The position numbers and the translations under genes are program-made. Positions 9,142-20,451 of a DNA stretch of 64,000 bases are shown here, one piece after another; positions within the stretch are counted from its first letter, which is position 1, and each line of letters opens with the position of its first letter. Origin of the DNA: a virus (Duplodnaviria; Heunggongvirae; Uroviricota; Caudoviricetes); IMG/VR virus record IMGVR_UViG_3300031555_004037. The stretch is one strand, 5' to 3'. The notes beneath the pieces are model-generated. The model ran no database searches. It was not told the DNA's origin and saw only the letters and a program-made list of their open reading frames with translations.

Positions 9142-9843
9142 ATGGCAACACAATTAAAATATGCAAGTACACAAAGTATTTCTGTAAAACCTACGATTGT
9201 AGAGATTTCATTATATTTATTAAATTATGGAAAAACTCCAAAAGAAGCACTTGATTTATTACTTGATGGAAGAAATAAAATTAAAGAATTAGTTAGTTCA
9301 TTGGGTTCTTATAGAGAAAATTCTTATAAGCAACAAAATGTTGGTGTTGAAAAATTATATAAATACGAAAAGAAAAATGACGGTTGTAATATAACCTCAG
9401 AAAAGGTGTTTGATAAATATGCAGCACATACCTATATCACTCTTATTTTAGAAAGAAATGAAGAAAACGATGATATTATTATAGAAGATTTTACAAATAT
9501 TTTTAATTTAGCCCTTAATTTAGATTATAGATGTACTTATCATCATAATATTACCGAAACAGAAAGAGAATCTTATAATAGAAAATTGTATGCTAGTTGT
9601 ATAAATAATGGTTTAGATGAGATTACAGCAATTATTGATGATACTAAATTAAGAAATAAAGATATAGAATTAAATGAAGTATTAGAAGATAAGTTAGGTT
9701 CTTATCCTATGATGAGAATTTGTTCTGAAAATAATTATAATGAAGAAACAGATGTAATTATTAATCCAGAATTAATTAAAGAACTATTTAATAATAATAT
9801 AGTGATTGAAAAAACACTAACATTAAGAATTTCACTTATATAA
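9142..9843 (+). CDS. SIMPL/DUF541-like protein
   Basis: N-terminal SISVKPTIVEISL...KTPKEAL pattern and overall length resemble the SIMPL domain. Confidence 0.45.
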   Translation: MATQLKYASTQSISVKPTIVEISLYLLNYGKTPKEALDLLLDGRNKIKELVSSLGSYRENSYKQQNVGVEKLYKYEKKNDGCNITSEKVFDKYAAHTYITLILERNEENDDIIIEDFTNIFNLALNLDYRCTYHHNITETERESYNRKLYASCINNGLDEITAIIDDTKLRNKDIELNEVLEDKLGSYPMMRICSENNYNEETDVIINPELIKELFNNNIVIEKTLTLRISLI

Positions 9844-9855
9844 GGAGAAATAGAA

Positions 9856-10275
9856 ATGTATAAAAGGTTTCACGAATTTTGTAATGATATAAAATGGGCA
9901 ATTCAAAATAACGATTTTTCATATTGTGCTTACAATAAATATTATCCAGAAGATGTAGATGATGATACTGTTTATTGGTTTTTAGACGATATTGAAAACA
10001 TTATTCAAAATATGGGGCATAATTGTATTATAAAATATATATTCAACCCATTATATAGAATAATAGAAGATGAAAAAGTTATTTGGGATGGTACTTGTGA
10101 ACTTGAAATAGATGATATTTCAAAAGAATTTTTAGATAAATTAAGTAATACTATATTATCTGAAATGAATTTAACAAATATATACATTACAAAATTCAAT
10201 GAAACAAATACAATATTTATAAAATATAAAAAGATAATATCTTTTGAAGAATTAAAAAATTGGAAAGGAAATTAA
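9856..10275 (+). CDS. Hypothetical protein
   Basis: ORF with RBS AAGGAG in the operon. Confidence 0.6.
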   Translation: MYKRFHEFCNDIKWAIQNNDFSYCAYNKYYPEDVDDDTVYWFLDDIENIIQNMGHNCIIKYIFNPLYRIIEDEKVIWDGTCELEIDDISKEFLDKLSNTILSEMNLTNIYITKFNETNTIFIKYKKIISFEELKNWKGN

Positions 10276-10281
10276 CTAATA

Positions 10282-11310
10282 ATGAAACTAGCAATTTATT
10301 CAGATTTACATATTGGCAGAAGAATGTATCGTACTGATGAAAATAATTATAATAAGTATGAACAAATTGGTTATAGAACTTTAATGCACAATGTAAATGT
10401 AATTAAGAAATTTTGTCCAGATTTAGTTATAAATGCAGGAGATGTATTTGATACACCAAATCCGTCAGTATTGGCTATGAATAAATATTTTCAAGCACAG
10501 AAAATGTATGAGAGTGCTAATATTGAAACAATGACTATTTTAGGAAATCACGATTTTGCATTTAATAATAGAAGAAATCATTGTAGTGCAGCAGAAATGG
10601 CAACACATACATATTTTGCAGATTATGAATTAAAGACAGTTGAAAAAGACGGAATTTTATTTGTAATGATGCCTTATATTTATGATAAAGCAGAGAATAT
10701 TACAGAATATATGAATAACTGTTTAGATTTAGCAAATAATTCTACTTGTGATAAAAAGATTTTAGTAACACACGGAGTTACTGCAAAATATTACGAAGAT
10801 AGTTTTATTAGTGACCCTATAATGTTATCAAATGAATTAGTTGAGTCATTTAATTTAGTAATTATAGGACATATACATACACCTTTTGAATATAAACAAA
10901 AGAATACATTAGTGATTTCTCCAGGTGCTATGATTGATTATCAAGCATATGAAGATAGAACAGGTCCGATTATCTTAAATACAGATGATTGGTCGTATAA
11001 GAGATTATCTATTAAAACCCCACATATTATTAAGAAGAAATGTAATCAAGATAATATCAATACGGTACTAGAAAATGTAACAGAGGACATTTATCATATT
11101 AGTTATGATGGAAATACAGATTTAATTGATAATGATTTGTTTATAAAAGCAAAAAATACAGCAGTTAATTTAGTAATTGATGTAGTACAAAAAGAAATTG
11201 TAGAAGAAAAAGATACAAAAATGTCATCTATGAGTATATATGAATGGGTAGCAAAAAATTACCCAGATTATGTAGACACATTTAATAAAGCAAAGGAGGG
11301 TTTATGTTAA
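10282..11310 (+). CDS. SbcD/Mre11-like nuclease (phage gp47-like)
   Basis: SDLHIG, AGDVFD, GNHD, THG, GHIH and PG motifs; near the Rad50-like gene. Confidence 0.9.
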   Translation: MKLAIYSDLHIGRRMYRTDENNYNKYEQIGYRTLMHNVNVIKKFCPDLVINAGDVFDTPNPSVLAMNKYFQAQKMYESANIETMTILGNHDFAFNNRRNHCSAAEMATHTYFADYELKTVEKDGILFVMMPYIYDKAENITEYMNNCLDLANNSTCDKKILVTHGVTAKYYEDSFISDPIMLSNELVESFNLVIIGHIHTPFEYKQKNTLVISPGAMIDYQAYEDRTGPIILNTDDWSYKRLSIKTPHIIKKKCNQDNINTVLENVTEDIYHISYDGNTDLIDNDLFIKAKNTAVNLVIDVVQKEIVEEKDTKMSSMSIYEWVAKNYPDYVDTFNKAKEGLC

Positions 11311-11313
11311 ATT

Positions 11314-11730
11314 ATGCTGACTAGACAACATCAAGAATTTAACTATTATTGTCTGGACAGATGTAAACCGATTGCAGAAGAATTTCCTATCACATATAAT
11401 GATGGATTTATAATAAAGAAAATTAAATATAAAGTTGGTTTACGAACTCAAATTAAACACCAAGATTGTTTTGTTTTATATACTGAATCGGATGACGATT
11501 TAGAGGGTTTTACCTATATCGCTGCAGAGATATTCTATGATTATCAGCAGCGATTTTTTAATGATATTTTTTCATTAGAAGAAATAAAAGACCTTATAAA
11601 AACTTTAAGAACAATTAATATATTTGAATATACATCTTTATTAGAATTTACTTATATATATGATGATTTTAAGGAGTTTGTAGAATATAATTGGAATACA
11701 TTGGATATGGACAATCTAATAGAAATTTAA
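11314..11730 (+). CDS. Hypothetical protein
   Basis: ORF packed in the operon. Confidence 0.6.
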   Translation: MLTRQHQEFNYYCLDRCKPIAEEFPITYNDGFIIKKIKYKVGLRTQIKHQDCFVLYTESDDDLEGFTYIAAEIFYDYQQRFFNDIFSLEEIKDLIKTLRTINIFEYTSLLEFTYIYDDFKEFVEYNWNTLDMDNLIEI

Positions 11731-11746
11731 GGAGGAAATTTATACA

Positions 11747-12163
11747 ATGGATGGATTACAAAAAATTGAATTACAAAAAATGATTAATTCAGAAAATGGT
11801 ATTAACTATCACAGAAATATAAATTTAAGTGGTTATACTGTATATCGTGATAAGTCATTTATATCATTTAGAATTGTAACAATTAATAATAAAGAAGTTG
11901 TTATAATTGAGTATATGTTTATCACTTCAAAGAAAGATTTAATGCAATTATTATCTTGGTGTGTTAATTTTTGGAGTGGAAATGCTGTTAAGTATATCTA
12001 CTATAAAGAACATCATAAGAAATCTAATATTGCAGAAAAGTGTTTACCAACTTTGGGTTTTAATGTAGTAAATACCGAATATAAAAAGTGGAAACACGAC
12101 TGGAAATCAACAAATGGTTTTGATGAATTTGACGTAATTGAAGCCTATACATCAGATGTTTAA
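11747..12163 (+). CDS. Hypothetical protein
   Basis: Strong RBS AAGGAGG; 138-aa ORF. Confidence 0.65.
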   Translation: MDGLQKIELQKMINSENGINYHRNINLSGYTVYRDKSFISFRIVTINNKEVVIIEYMFITSKKDLMQLLSWCVNFWSGNAVKYIYYKEHHKKSNIAEKCLPTLGFNVVNTEYKKWKHDWKSTNGFDEFDVIEAYTSDV

Positions 12164-12187
12164 ATTAAAGAAAGGAGATAATATAAA

Positions 12188-15100
12188 ATGTTTAGACAAT
12201 GGTTGAAACAATTTCTTGCGTTGTGTTTATGTGTGTTGATTATATTATCTTCATTTACAACAGCTTTTGCAGATGATTATGTTAAAGATGATGAAGACGA
12301 AGGGGATAATGTCACATATTATATTGTAGACGGAGAAGATGTTAGTGAATTATTTGATTTTTCTTTAGGAGATGTTCCTGATATTTTAGCGTGGATTAAA
12401 AATTTTAAAACATATACCGTAATAAAGAAAATAGGTAGTGGAGATGACGCTGAATATAGATATTATTTCAATACACCTAATTTACAAACACTTGTAAAAA
12501 ATAAAGTTACAGGAACAATTAGTGACGGTTATCAAGACCAAACTTATGACGTAAATGATATGGAATGGTTAGTTGATGTTGGTTTTGCAAATAATTCAAC
12601 AACACCATTACCACAAACAGCGATTACTAAATATGGTTTTGCTATTGATAGTCCTATATATATGGGGGAATATCCAAAAGAAGTAATGTCTGTTGCTGGT
12701 GTAGTTCCTACATCATTTTGGGATTCAGTATGGAGATTTATTAAATCTATTGTAGGTATTTCATTTTTGAAAGCACCTGATGCCGATAATTTTAATACAA
12801 TTACTTATATGAATCACGGATATGAAGACAAAAATCAATATGTAGTTGAATTTTTCCAAAAATATTATTTACCTTATTTTGAGGCACAAATTGCTACTGG
12901 TGACTGTGCTAATGGAGATACAGATTATTTTACAGGTCCAGAAGATGTAATTGCTTTAACTGTTACAGAAGACCAAAATCGTGAGGCTGACGCTTATAAT
13001 CTAATGTATCAAGAAGATTATGAAATTGCTTATAATAAAATTGCAGTTTATAACATTTTTAATGATAATAAAAATGCTAGTGAAAAACCACAAGCAAATG
13101 GTATGTGGTATTCTACATTTAATCAAAATGGTGCTTATGATATTGATAATAAAGTTGAAAGTGCTGATGTAATTTTATGGGATTATGAATTAAATGAGTT
13201 GTATGACGGTAAAAATGTAACACAACATTTAATATCACAAACTAAATATAAAGACGCTTTTATTACTTGGGCAAATAATAATAAAAAACAAGTATTTATA
13301 TTAACTTCTATTTATTATCTTGAAAATCCTTTATTGGATTCACCACTTGCAGGAATTACCTCATATAGTGATAGTTGTTTTACTGTAAACGAAGATAATT
13401 ATTCACTTTTTGCTAATGCTTGTCATTATGCAAAAAATTGTTTTGGTAATTTATGTTGTTCAGTAGAAATTCAAAGTGACGAGGACGAAAATGAGGATGG
13501 AGAGGTAGATTCAAATGATAAGAAAATAGTAGAAATTAATGTATATGGTGCTTTAGCAAATGGTTATATTTCTACTGATAGTTATGGAAATGTTAAAAAG
13601 GTTTATATTTATGGGGTATCAAATACTGATTGGACATCTCCAAGTGGCTTGTTGTCTTTTTATAAAGACGCAAGTGTTGGTAGTAGTTTAGTTGAATGGA
13701 AATATAATGACTTTGTTACTACCGAAGAAAATGCTATTTATAATAACTATGTAGCAAACGAAGATACTATGGCAAGATATGCTGAATTTAAAACAAAAAT
13801 GGAAAAAGGTGGAGATGACGACAGTAATCTATCAAGAGAAGATTTATTATATAAACAATGTATGATACCAAATGAAGGAGAAGACGGAGAATGTTGGTCA
13901 AAGAAATATGGAGATGGTAAAACTACTATTACAATGGCTAATGTTTATGCTTATAGTGGTATCTATAAAATAACTAGGGGTAATTCTAAATATTATACAT
14001 CAGCAACATCAATAGATACATTAAAATGGGATTATGATGAAAATGGTAATAAAGTATATGTAGAATTACAAGAGGCAGATGTATATAAGATATTAAATCA
14101 ATTACAATCTTATTGTGGACCATATTATTCAATCGTATTAAGTAATATGATTAAATTAATGTGTATGACTGCTATTGCCGAAGGAGATTTTAGTCCTCTT
14201 ATGACAATGCAATCAGACGACCCTAGAATAATGCCTTATGATACAGATGCTATGACTACTGCTGACGCTGAAAATTATTCAGTAAAAGACCCTAGAGTTG
14301 AAATCTATAAATCACATATTATTGGTGGTTTAATTTCAGATTTTGAATTGATATTTGGTTTTGAAGTATTTATGAAACCACAGAAAACTATAATAAGTAT
14401 TGCTGGAAAAGTAACAGAACTTTCTATATTTATGCAACAGTTGATGAGTTTTGATAAATTTGATGATTGGGGATTATCTCCAACAACATTATGGGATAAT
14501 GGATATGTAGCATTATTAACAGGAATGTTAGCATTATTCTTCATAATTAAAACTATATCAGCAATAATTAAAATGGGAACTGAAAAAGCAAACTTAACTA
14601 GAATTGTAATAGCATTTATAATTTTAGTTTTAGAGTTAGGTTTTATAACTGCTATGGCTGTAAATCCAGAAAAAGTTTGGGGAACAGTTAAAAAGACAGA
14701 TACATTTTTAATTACATTAGGAGAAAGATTATCTCCACAATTTAATGACCCAAATAAAGAATATTTATTTGGAGATACAAAAGATATAACTGTAATGTAT
14801 TATTTACCTTATTTAGATACTTGGTCTAAATTTAATACAGGTTATGGTCTTGATGAACCAGAACAGTTAATGTGGCAACCAGGTGATGACGGAGAATGTC
14901 CACCAGAATTAGTTGATTACTATGATGAAGAAAATAAAAATCCTATTAAAATAGGTTCTAATAATGTAAGACATTATAGTGTTTTATTGGCTGACTCATT
15001 TGCTTTCTATGGAGAATCTAAATCAATGGTTAATTCTGTTATAGAAAAAGATGAAACTGGTACACCACATAATTATAATGGTAATTCAATAAATAATAAT

Positions 15101-16084
15101 GCTTATAGAGTTGTTGACCACTTTTTAGCACCTAGAGTTAATTTAACTGATAATGGAGATGGAACTTTATCATTATCTGTAACCGAAAATGAAAATTATA
15201 ATGGATATTTTCAAGGTGGTTTTGTAGATTTAATTGTTAAATTATTAAATTGTTGCTTAATTTGTTTATTATCTTTTATTAAATTTATGACATTTTTATG
15301 GCAATGGTTTATGTTCTATATCTTTATATTTAAAGTTATATTAGGTAAAGGTCCAGAAAAGAAAACTTGGGGTCAAATCCTAACTGAAACTTTCTCTCCA
15401 ACATTATGTTTAATTGTAATCGGTATGTATTCTGGTTTAATTATGGATGTTGGTATGAGAATGGAAGGATTAGTAGGTATTGTTGTACTTATTTGTTTAT
15501 TTATAGTTACTTTCTTTGCGATTAGATGGTGGCATAACTTAAATCGTGGTTTAATGTACCCTAAAACATTAGGTTGGTTATATCTATTACTTAATATGAA
15601 ACAACATAATAGAAATATTGAATCTGAAAAATTGAATAATAAATTCCAACAAGATTTTGAAGATAGTGGAATTACTTTAAATGAGGATGAATCCGTTGCT
15701 GATTTTGAGGGTAAAACTAAAGTATTATTTGATAAAAATGGTACTATGGATATTAGATTCAATACTAGCAATCCATCTCATAGTAGTATGTATGAGAGTT
15801 GGTATAGACAAGCCAAATTTAGAGAATATGAGGGTAGATTAAATGCTCCAGAAGAATTAGCAGCATTAAGAACTATGGAAACTGATGAGAGATTTAAGAA
15901 AATTCGTGAAGATTATCAAAACGCACATAAACCTAAAAATATGAAGCGTTATGATAAATTCAGAAACGATGAAAATGATAAACAAAATAATAATTCAAAT
16001 AATGAAAAATTTAACAATTCAAAAATTGGTTCTGAACAACAAAGTTCTGAACAAAAATCTAGTGACAAGGGGGAAGATGCGTAA
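12188..16084 (+). CDS. Large secreted/membrane protein, VirB6/TcpH-like conjugation channel component
   Basis: Signal peptide, large acidic extracellular region, two TM clusters, charged C-terminal tail; shares motifs with 16085. Confidence 0.55.
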   Translation: MFRQWLKQFLALCLCVLIILSSFTTAFADDYVKDDEDEGDNVTYYIVDGEDVSELFDFSLGDVPDILAWIKNFKTYTVIKKIGSGDDAEYRYYFNTPNLQTLVKNKVTGTISDGYQDQTYDVNDMEWLVDVGFANNSTTPLPQTAITKYGFAIDSPIYMGEYPKEVMSVAGVVPTSFWDSVWRFIKSIVGISFLKAPDADNFNTITYMNHGYEDKNQYVVEFFQKYYLPYFEAQIATGDCANGDTDYFTGPEDVIALTVTEDQNREADAYNLMYQEDYEIAYNKIAVYNIFNDNKNASEKPQANGMWYSTFNQNGAYDIDNKVESADVILWDYELNELYDGKNVTQHLISQTKYKDAFITWANNNKKQVFILTSIYYLENPLLDSPLAGITSYSDSCFTVNEDNYSLFANACHYAKNCFGNLCCSVEIQSDEDENEDGEVDSNDKKIVEINVYGALANGYISTDSYGNVKKVYIYGVSNTDWTSPSGLLSFYKDASVGSSLVEWKYNDFVTTEENAIYNNYVANEDTMARYAEFKTKMEKGGDDDSNLSREDLLYKQCMIPNEGEDGECWSKKYGDGKTTITMANVYAYSGIYKITRGNSKYYTSATSIDTLKWDYDENGNKVYVELQEADVYKILNQLQSYCGPYYSIVLSNMIKLMCMTAIAEGDFSPLMTMQSDDPRIMPYDTDAMTTADAENYSVKDPRVEIYKSHIIGGLISDFELIFGFEVFMKPQKTIISIAGKVTELSIFMQQLMSFDKFDDWGLSPTTLWDNGYVALLTGMLALFFIIKTISAIIKMGTEKANLTRIVIAFIILVLELGFITAMAVNPEKVWGTVKKTDTFLITLGERLSPQFNDPNKEYLFGDTKDITVMYYLPYLDTWSKFNTGYGLDEPEQLMWQPGDDGECPPELVDYYDEENKNPIKIGSNNVRHYSVLLADSFAFYGESKSMVNSVIEKDETGTPHNYNGNSINNNAYRVVDHFLAPRVNLTDNGDGTLSLSVTENENYNGYFQGGFVDLIVKLLNCCLICLLSFIKFMTFLWQWFMFYIFIFKVILGKGPEKKTWGQILTETFSPTLCLIVIGMYSGLIMDVGMRMEGLVGIVVLICLFIVTFFAIRWWHNLNRGLMYPKTLGWLYLLLNMKQHNRNIESEKLNNKFQQDFEDSGITLNEDESVADFEGKTKVLFDKNGTMDIRFNTSNPSHSSMYESWYRQAKFREYEGRLNAPEELAALRTMETDERFKKIREDYQNAHKPKNMKRYDKFRNDENDKQNNNSNNEKFNNSKIGSEQQSSEQKSSDKGEDA

Positions 16085-18895
16085 ATGAAACATAAAGCAT
16101 TTAAAAATAAATGTATCAGTTTTTTATTAGTGTTTACATTTATTATAGGTATTTTTAGCAACCTTGCATCTTCTTGCTTGGTTGCTAAAGCCAACTCATT
16201 ACCTTTTGAATTTACAGGTAAAGAAACTGCTGAATTAGATTATTTGGATAGTGATTTTGATGGAAATTATACAGCATTATGTGTATATCAAATTTGGAGT
16301 ATATGTAAATCTTTAGGTATGACTGATAATCAAGCGTGTGCTATTTTAGGTTGTTTTTATCCAGAGGGTCAATGTCATCCAGAACCAATAGAAGCACACT
16401 ATGGTTATGGGTCAAGTAATTATGCCGATATTGAAGATTATATTGAAACAGTAAGTAGGGCATATGTTCAAGATACTGACGCTTTTACATTAGAATGTTT
16501 ACAAGTATATGATAATGAGGGTACATATCCAAATTGTAGTAGTGAAGATACTATTAGAAATGCTAGACAAGGAAGAGATGTTACAAGTAATGGTTTAGAC
16601 GAGGCTGGTTATTTTTGTAATGGTATTGGTTTTTGTGGTATGGGATTATCACAATTTACAGGCGAGAGAGGTAGAATATTATTAGCTTTTTGTATTTTTA
16701 ATAATTGTGATTGGTGGGTAATGGAAAACCAATTTACTTGGATGCTTACACCAACAGAAAATGGTGGCGATACTCGTTCTTCTTTATGGGCATCATATGT
16801 TGAACAAACAGCAGATATGTCTATTGAAGAATGTACTGAATGGTGGATAGAAAATTATGTAAATGGTGGTATGAAAGATAGTGATAGAACTATAAGAGTT
16901 AATTATGCTAATGATTTTTATGAAATATTAAAAGGTAAAAAATGGGATTCATCTTGGGGTTCAAAAGTTGTTTCTGGTGCTGGATTAACTCCATCTAAAA
17001 TGCACACAGGGATATATGATAGGGGTATTATACAATCTTATGCAAGTTCATCTTTACATTATCCAACAAATGAGGGATTTATAATTGATTTTGAAACTAA
17101 AAAAGATTTTTCTGAAAGAGAAGATGGAGATACATCTGATGTAGTTGACCCTAGTGAAATTTCTAATTTAGATTATAAAAATACATTAGTTTATAGGGGT
17201 TTATTATATGAACTAATTGGAGAAAGTGACCCTAATACAACTCAATATAGTTTATATGAATTATATGGAGATGATTTACATTGGTATAGGTATATGGGAG
17301 AAAAAACTTATGTACCTGAATTATTAGACCATATATGGTGTGCAGTTGACCAAAATAAAACTGATGAATTATTAGATAATGTATTTGATACTATTGATTA
17401 TGAAGCACCAGTATATTTATCTTGTAATGTATATCAAAATAGACCAAAAGTATTAACTGGAAATGATTTAGATAATGGTTATCGTGACCCTAGAGTTACA
17501 TTAACTGGTACAAGTTTCTTTAATGGTTATGGTTATGTAGTTGGTACATTTGAAATGGGAATTGCAAAATTCTTTAATTCTACAATAGCCTTATTATTAG
17601 GCGATAAATTATTAGAATATTTTAAAGATGCAATTACTACATTAGAAGAGTCAGAACATTGGCAAAATATAATGATTCCTGTAATATGGTTATTTATAGG
17701 ATTTGCAACAATTTGTTTTATTATATCATTAGTTAAGGCAGCAGTTAATTATGCAAAAGGTAGTGGCTCTGCAAGAGAAGCAATAGAAAGATTTCTAATT
17801 GGTTTTATGTGTATGGGCTTTTTATTAGCAAGTACATATAATCCGTCAAGAACAAATGACGCTATGTTTAAAATGGTAACTATTGTTAATGGATTTTTCA
17901 ATACTGCTTTAGCTGATAGTAAAACAATTCAAAATGACGAGGTTATTTCTGTATCTGACCCAGATTATATAGTATCAGCAGTTTTATGGAAAAATGGTAT
18001 ATTTAATCCCTGGTGTAGAGGACAATTTGATGGTTTGAATTATGAAGAATTGTATACACATTATGCAATTTTAAGTGATTATGATGATAGTGATAAGCGT
18101 TCTGTAATGCCACAAAGTAATACAACACCTGACCCTGGTGACGCAACAAATACACCTGTATATAATAGTGCTGAAACTATTGGAGATGTATATGTTTATG
18201 TTGGTGGTGGAAAATATGTACGAAATTGGGCAGCTTATTTATATTCTTGTGGTAGTAAATATCATATAGATTCTTCACTAAATTCTGATACTGCAAAGAA
18301 TATAGTTGGAGATATAGAAGACCCAAGTGTTATAATTGACGAATTATCTGTGACATTTCCAAATGCAAATACAACAGCGTATGATAGTTCTTTAATGGCA
18401 GATACATTTAGAGTTGTAGATGCACAAATGGATATATCACCACAATTTTTCCCAGATGGTTCTATATCCTATAATTATGTTGGTGCTCACAAATTAAAGA
18501 CACATTTTATGGGTCAAGGAATGGTAATGTTATTTAATACATTATTATTAATATTCTTTATTCCAATAATTATTGCAAAATATAAGAATTTTATAATGTT
18601 AATTATATTACCACTTCAAATAATGTGGTATACATTATTAGAATTGTTTAAGCCTAGTGATAATGTTAAACAATTAGGAGATTCATTTGTAAAATCTTTA
18701 TTTAATTATTTTACAGCGTGTATTAAACAGAATATTATGGTTTTATTCTATTTAATATTTGTAGATAAAGGAGTTTTTATGGCTATAATATATATTTTAT
18801 TATGTTTAGTATTATTAGGTTTCAATTTACAAGACGCTAGAAGATTTATTAGTGATACAAAACACACTATACAAAAAGTTAAAAACTCATTCTAA
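16085..18895 (+). CDS. Phage-tail-lysozyme-like domain fused to a VirB6/TcpH-like membrane protein
   Basis: N-terminal IW...GMTDNQACAILG...E...GMGLSQFTGER...Q pattern of Phage_lysozyme2; C-terminal multi-TM region paralogous to 12188. Confidence 0.6.
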   Translation: MKHKAFKNKCISFLLVFTFIIGIFSNLASSCLVAKANSLPFEFTGKETAELDYLDSDFDGNYTALCVYQIWSICKSLGMTDNQACAILGCFYPEGQCHPEPIEAHYGYGSSNYADIEDYIETVSRAYVQDTDAFTLECLQVYDNEGTYPNCSSEDTIRNARQGRDVTSNGLDEAGYFCNGIGFCGMGLSQFTGERGRILLAFCIFNNCDWWVMENQFTWMLTPTENGGDTRSSLWASYVEQTADMSIEECTEWWIENYVNGGMKDSDRTIRVNYANDFYEILKGKKWDSSWGSKVVSGAGLTPSKMHTGIYDRGIIQSYASSSLHYPTNEGFIIDFETKKDFSEREDGDTSDVVDPSEISNLDYKNTLVYRGLLYELIGESDPNTTQYSLYELYGDDLHWYRYMGEKTYVPELLDHIWCAVDQNKTDELLDNVFDTIDYEAPVYLSCNVYQNRPKVLTGNDLDNGYRDPRVTLTGTSFFNGYGYVVGTFEMGIAKFFNSTIALLLGDKLLEYFKDAITTLEESEHWQNIMIPVIWLFIGFATICFIISLVKAAVNYAKGSGSAREAIERFLIGFMCMGFLLASTYNPSRTNDAMFKMVTIVNGFFNTALADSKTIQNDEVISVSDPDYIVSAVLWKNGIFNPWCRGQFDGLNYEELYTHYAILSDYDDSDKRSVMPQSNTTPDPGDATNTPVYNSAETIGDVYVYVGGGKYVRNWAAYLYSCGSKYHIDSSLNSDTAKNIVGDIEDPSVIIDELSVTFPNANTTAYDSSLMADTFRVVDAQMDISPQFFPDGSISYNYVGAHKLKTHFMGQGMVMLFNTLLLIFFIPIIIAKYKNFIMLIILPLQIMWYTLLELFKPSDNVKQLGDSFVKSLFNYFTACIKQNIMVLFYLIFVDKGVFMAIIYILLCLVLLGFNLQDARRFISDTKHTIQKVKNSF

Positions 18896-18981
18896 TTTAA
18901 AAATTAAGTGCTATTTATTTATATAATAGTATAAATTATGAAAATTTAATATACTGCGTGAAAAATGCAAGGAGGAAAATT

Positions 18982-20433
18982 ATGTTTATAGTAGTTAGTA
19001 ATAATTCACGAGTACCAAAAGACCTTGATGGATTTCAAGTTGAGAATTGGTCTGCCGAAGAATTTTTGGACAGAGCATCTTCTGATGACGGAATTGAAAT
19101 TGATGAGGGTATTTGGTATGACGTGTCATATTTAACCGAACCTATTTATGAGGGTTTAAAGGCTTATAAAGAAGCTGGGGTTAATTTAATCTATTATCGC
19201 TTTGATGATAAGCCTAATGTAGATTTTGCTATGGAAGATAATGTAGTAGTTTATGAAACTGCAAAACCTAAAGTTGAGCCAGTTCAAGAAATTGCTACTC
19301 CACAACCATTAGTAGAACCTACACCACAGCCAGTAGTAACACCTACTATTGAGCCACAAGTAGTTGAACAGCCTATTGTACAGCAACCTATTCAGCAAAC
19401 AGTAGAAACAACTACATATATTCAACCACAAGTACCACAACAACAAATGGTACAACAACCAATGGCACAGCCAATGGTACAGCAACCACAGATGGTACAA
19501 AATGAATATGCACCACAAGTAAATCAGCCTATTGTTGGTGGAGTAAAATTAGCAGGTAGTGGTGGTAATAATAATGCAACTAAAAATATTATTACAACTA
19601 ATATGTCTAATATGTTACAGTTTGATGATTATGATTCAATCACACCACAAGCAAATAGAAAAGCAGCACCTGCAAAAGTTATCTTATTTGGTAGTTCAAA
19701 AGGTGGTACTGGTAAAACATTTACTTGTTTAATTAGTGCATATTGGTATGCAAAAACACATCCAACTGAAAGAATTGCATTAGCAGACTTTGATATTATT
19801 GACGGTCAGATTGGTATTACAATCAATAAATTAACACCAACAATGCAAGATTTCTATAAAGTAGCAAAAGCAGGACATAATGATTTTGCACATTTAGATA
19901 ACTGTAAAGTAAAATCTGACCATTTTAGTCCAAATATTGATTTTTATTTAGCACCATCACAGGATATTCCTACGATTACTAATGACAATGAATTTTGGAC
20001 AGATGTATTTAAGTTACTTATTACAAATTATGATGTAGTATTCTTTGATAGTGGTATTGATTATTTAGGTAAGCCACCTATTAGTCAGTTATATAAGATT
20101 GCAGATAAGATTATTATAACTTGTAATCCTTCTATCAATTCAGTTAAATCTGTTATTAAACAATTTAAAACATTATCTGGACAGAGAATTAATAATGTAT
20201 TCAGACCTGGAGATGATATATTAAGCAGAACAAATGTAGTTCTTACTAGAGTATATGATAATCAGACAATTAATGATTTAGTTGTTCAGAATATTGTTAA
20301 ATTCGCACCTGTTATTGCTGCATTTGGCAATATTGATGATATTATTTCACAGGTACAATGGTATCAACAATGGGAATTAATTGACCAAAATAGTGAAATT
20401 ACAGACTCATTAGAAGATATTACTAGAATTTAG
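18982..20433 (+). CDS. ParA/MinD/CpaE-family ATPase with N-terminal extension and P/Q-rich linker
   Basis: Deviant Walker A SKGGTGKT, LADFD, YDVVFFDSG; RBS AGGAGG before ATG 18982. Confidence 0.8.
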   Translation: MFIVVSNNSRVPKDLDGFQVENWSAEEFLDRASSDDGIEIDEGIWYDVSYLTEPIYEGLKAYKEAGVNLIYYRFDDKPNVDFAMEDNVVVYETAKPKVEPVQEIATPQPLVEPTPQPVVTPTIEPQVVEQPIVQQPIQQTVETTTYIQPQVPQQQMVQQPMAQPMVQQPQMVQNEYAPQVNQPIVGGVKLAGSGGNNNATKNIITTNMSNMLQFDDYDSITPQANRKAAPAKVILFGSSKGGTGKTFTCLISAYWYAKTHPTERIALADFDIIDGQIGITINKLTPTMQDFYKVAKAGHNDFAHLDNCKVKSDHFSPNIDFYLAPSQDIPTITNDNEFWTDVFKLLITNYDVVFFDSGIDYLGKPPISQLYKIADKIIITCNPSINSVKSVIKQFKTLSGQRINNVFRPGDDILSRTNVVLTRVYDNQTINDLVVQNIVKFAPVIAAFGNIDDIISQVQWYQQWELIDQNSEITDSLEDITRI

Positions 20434-20451
20434 TAAGGAGGGAAAGTTATA

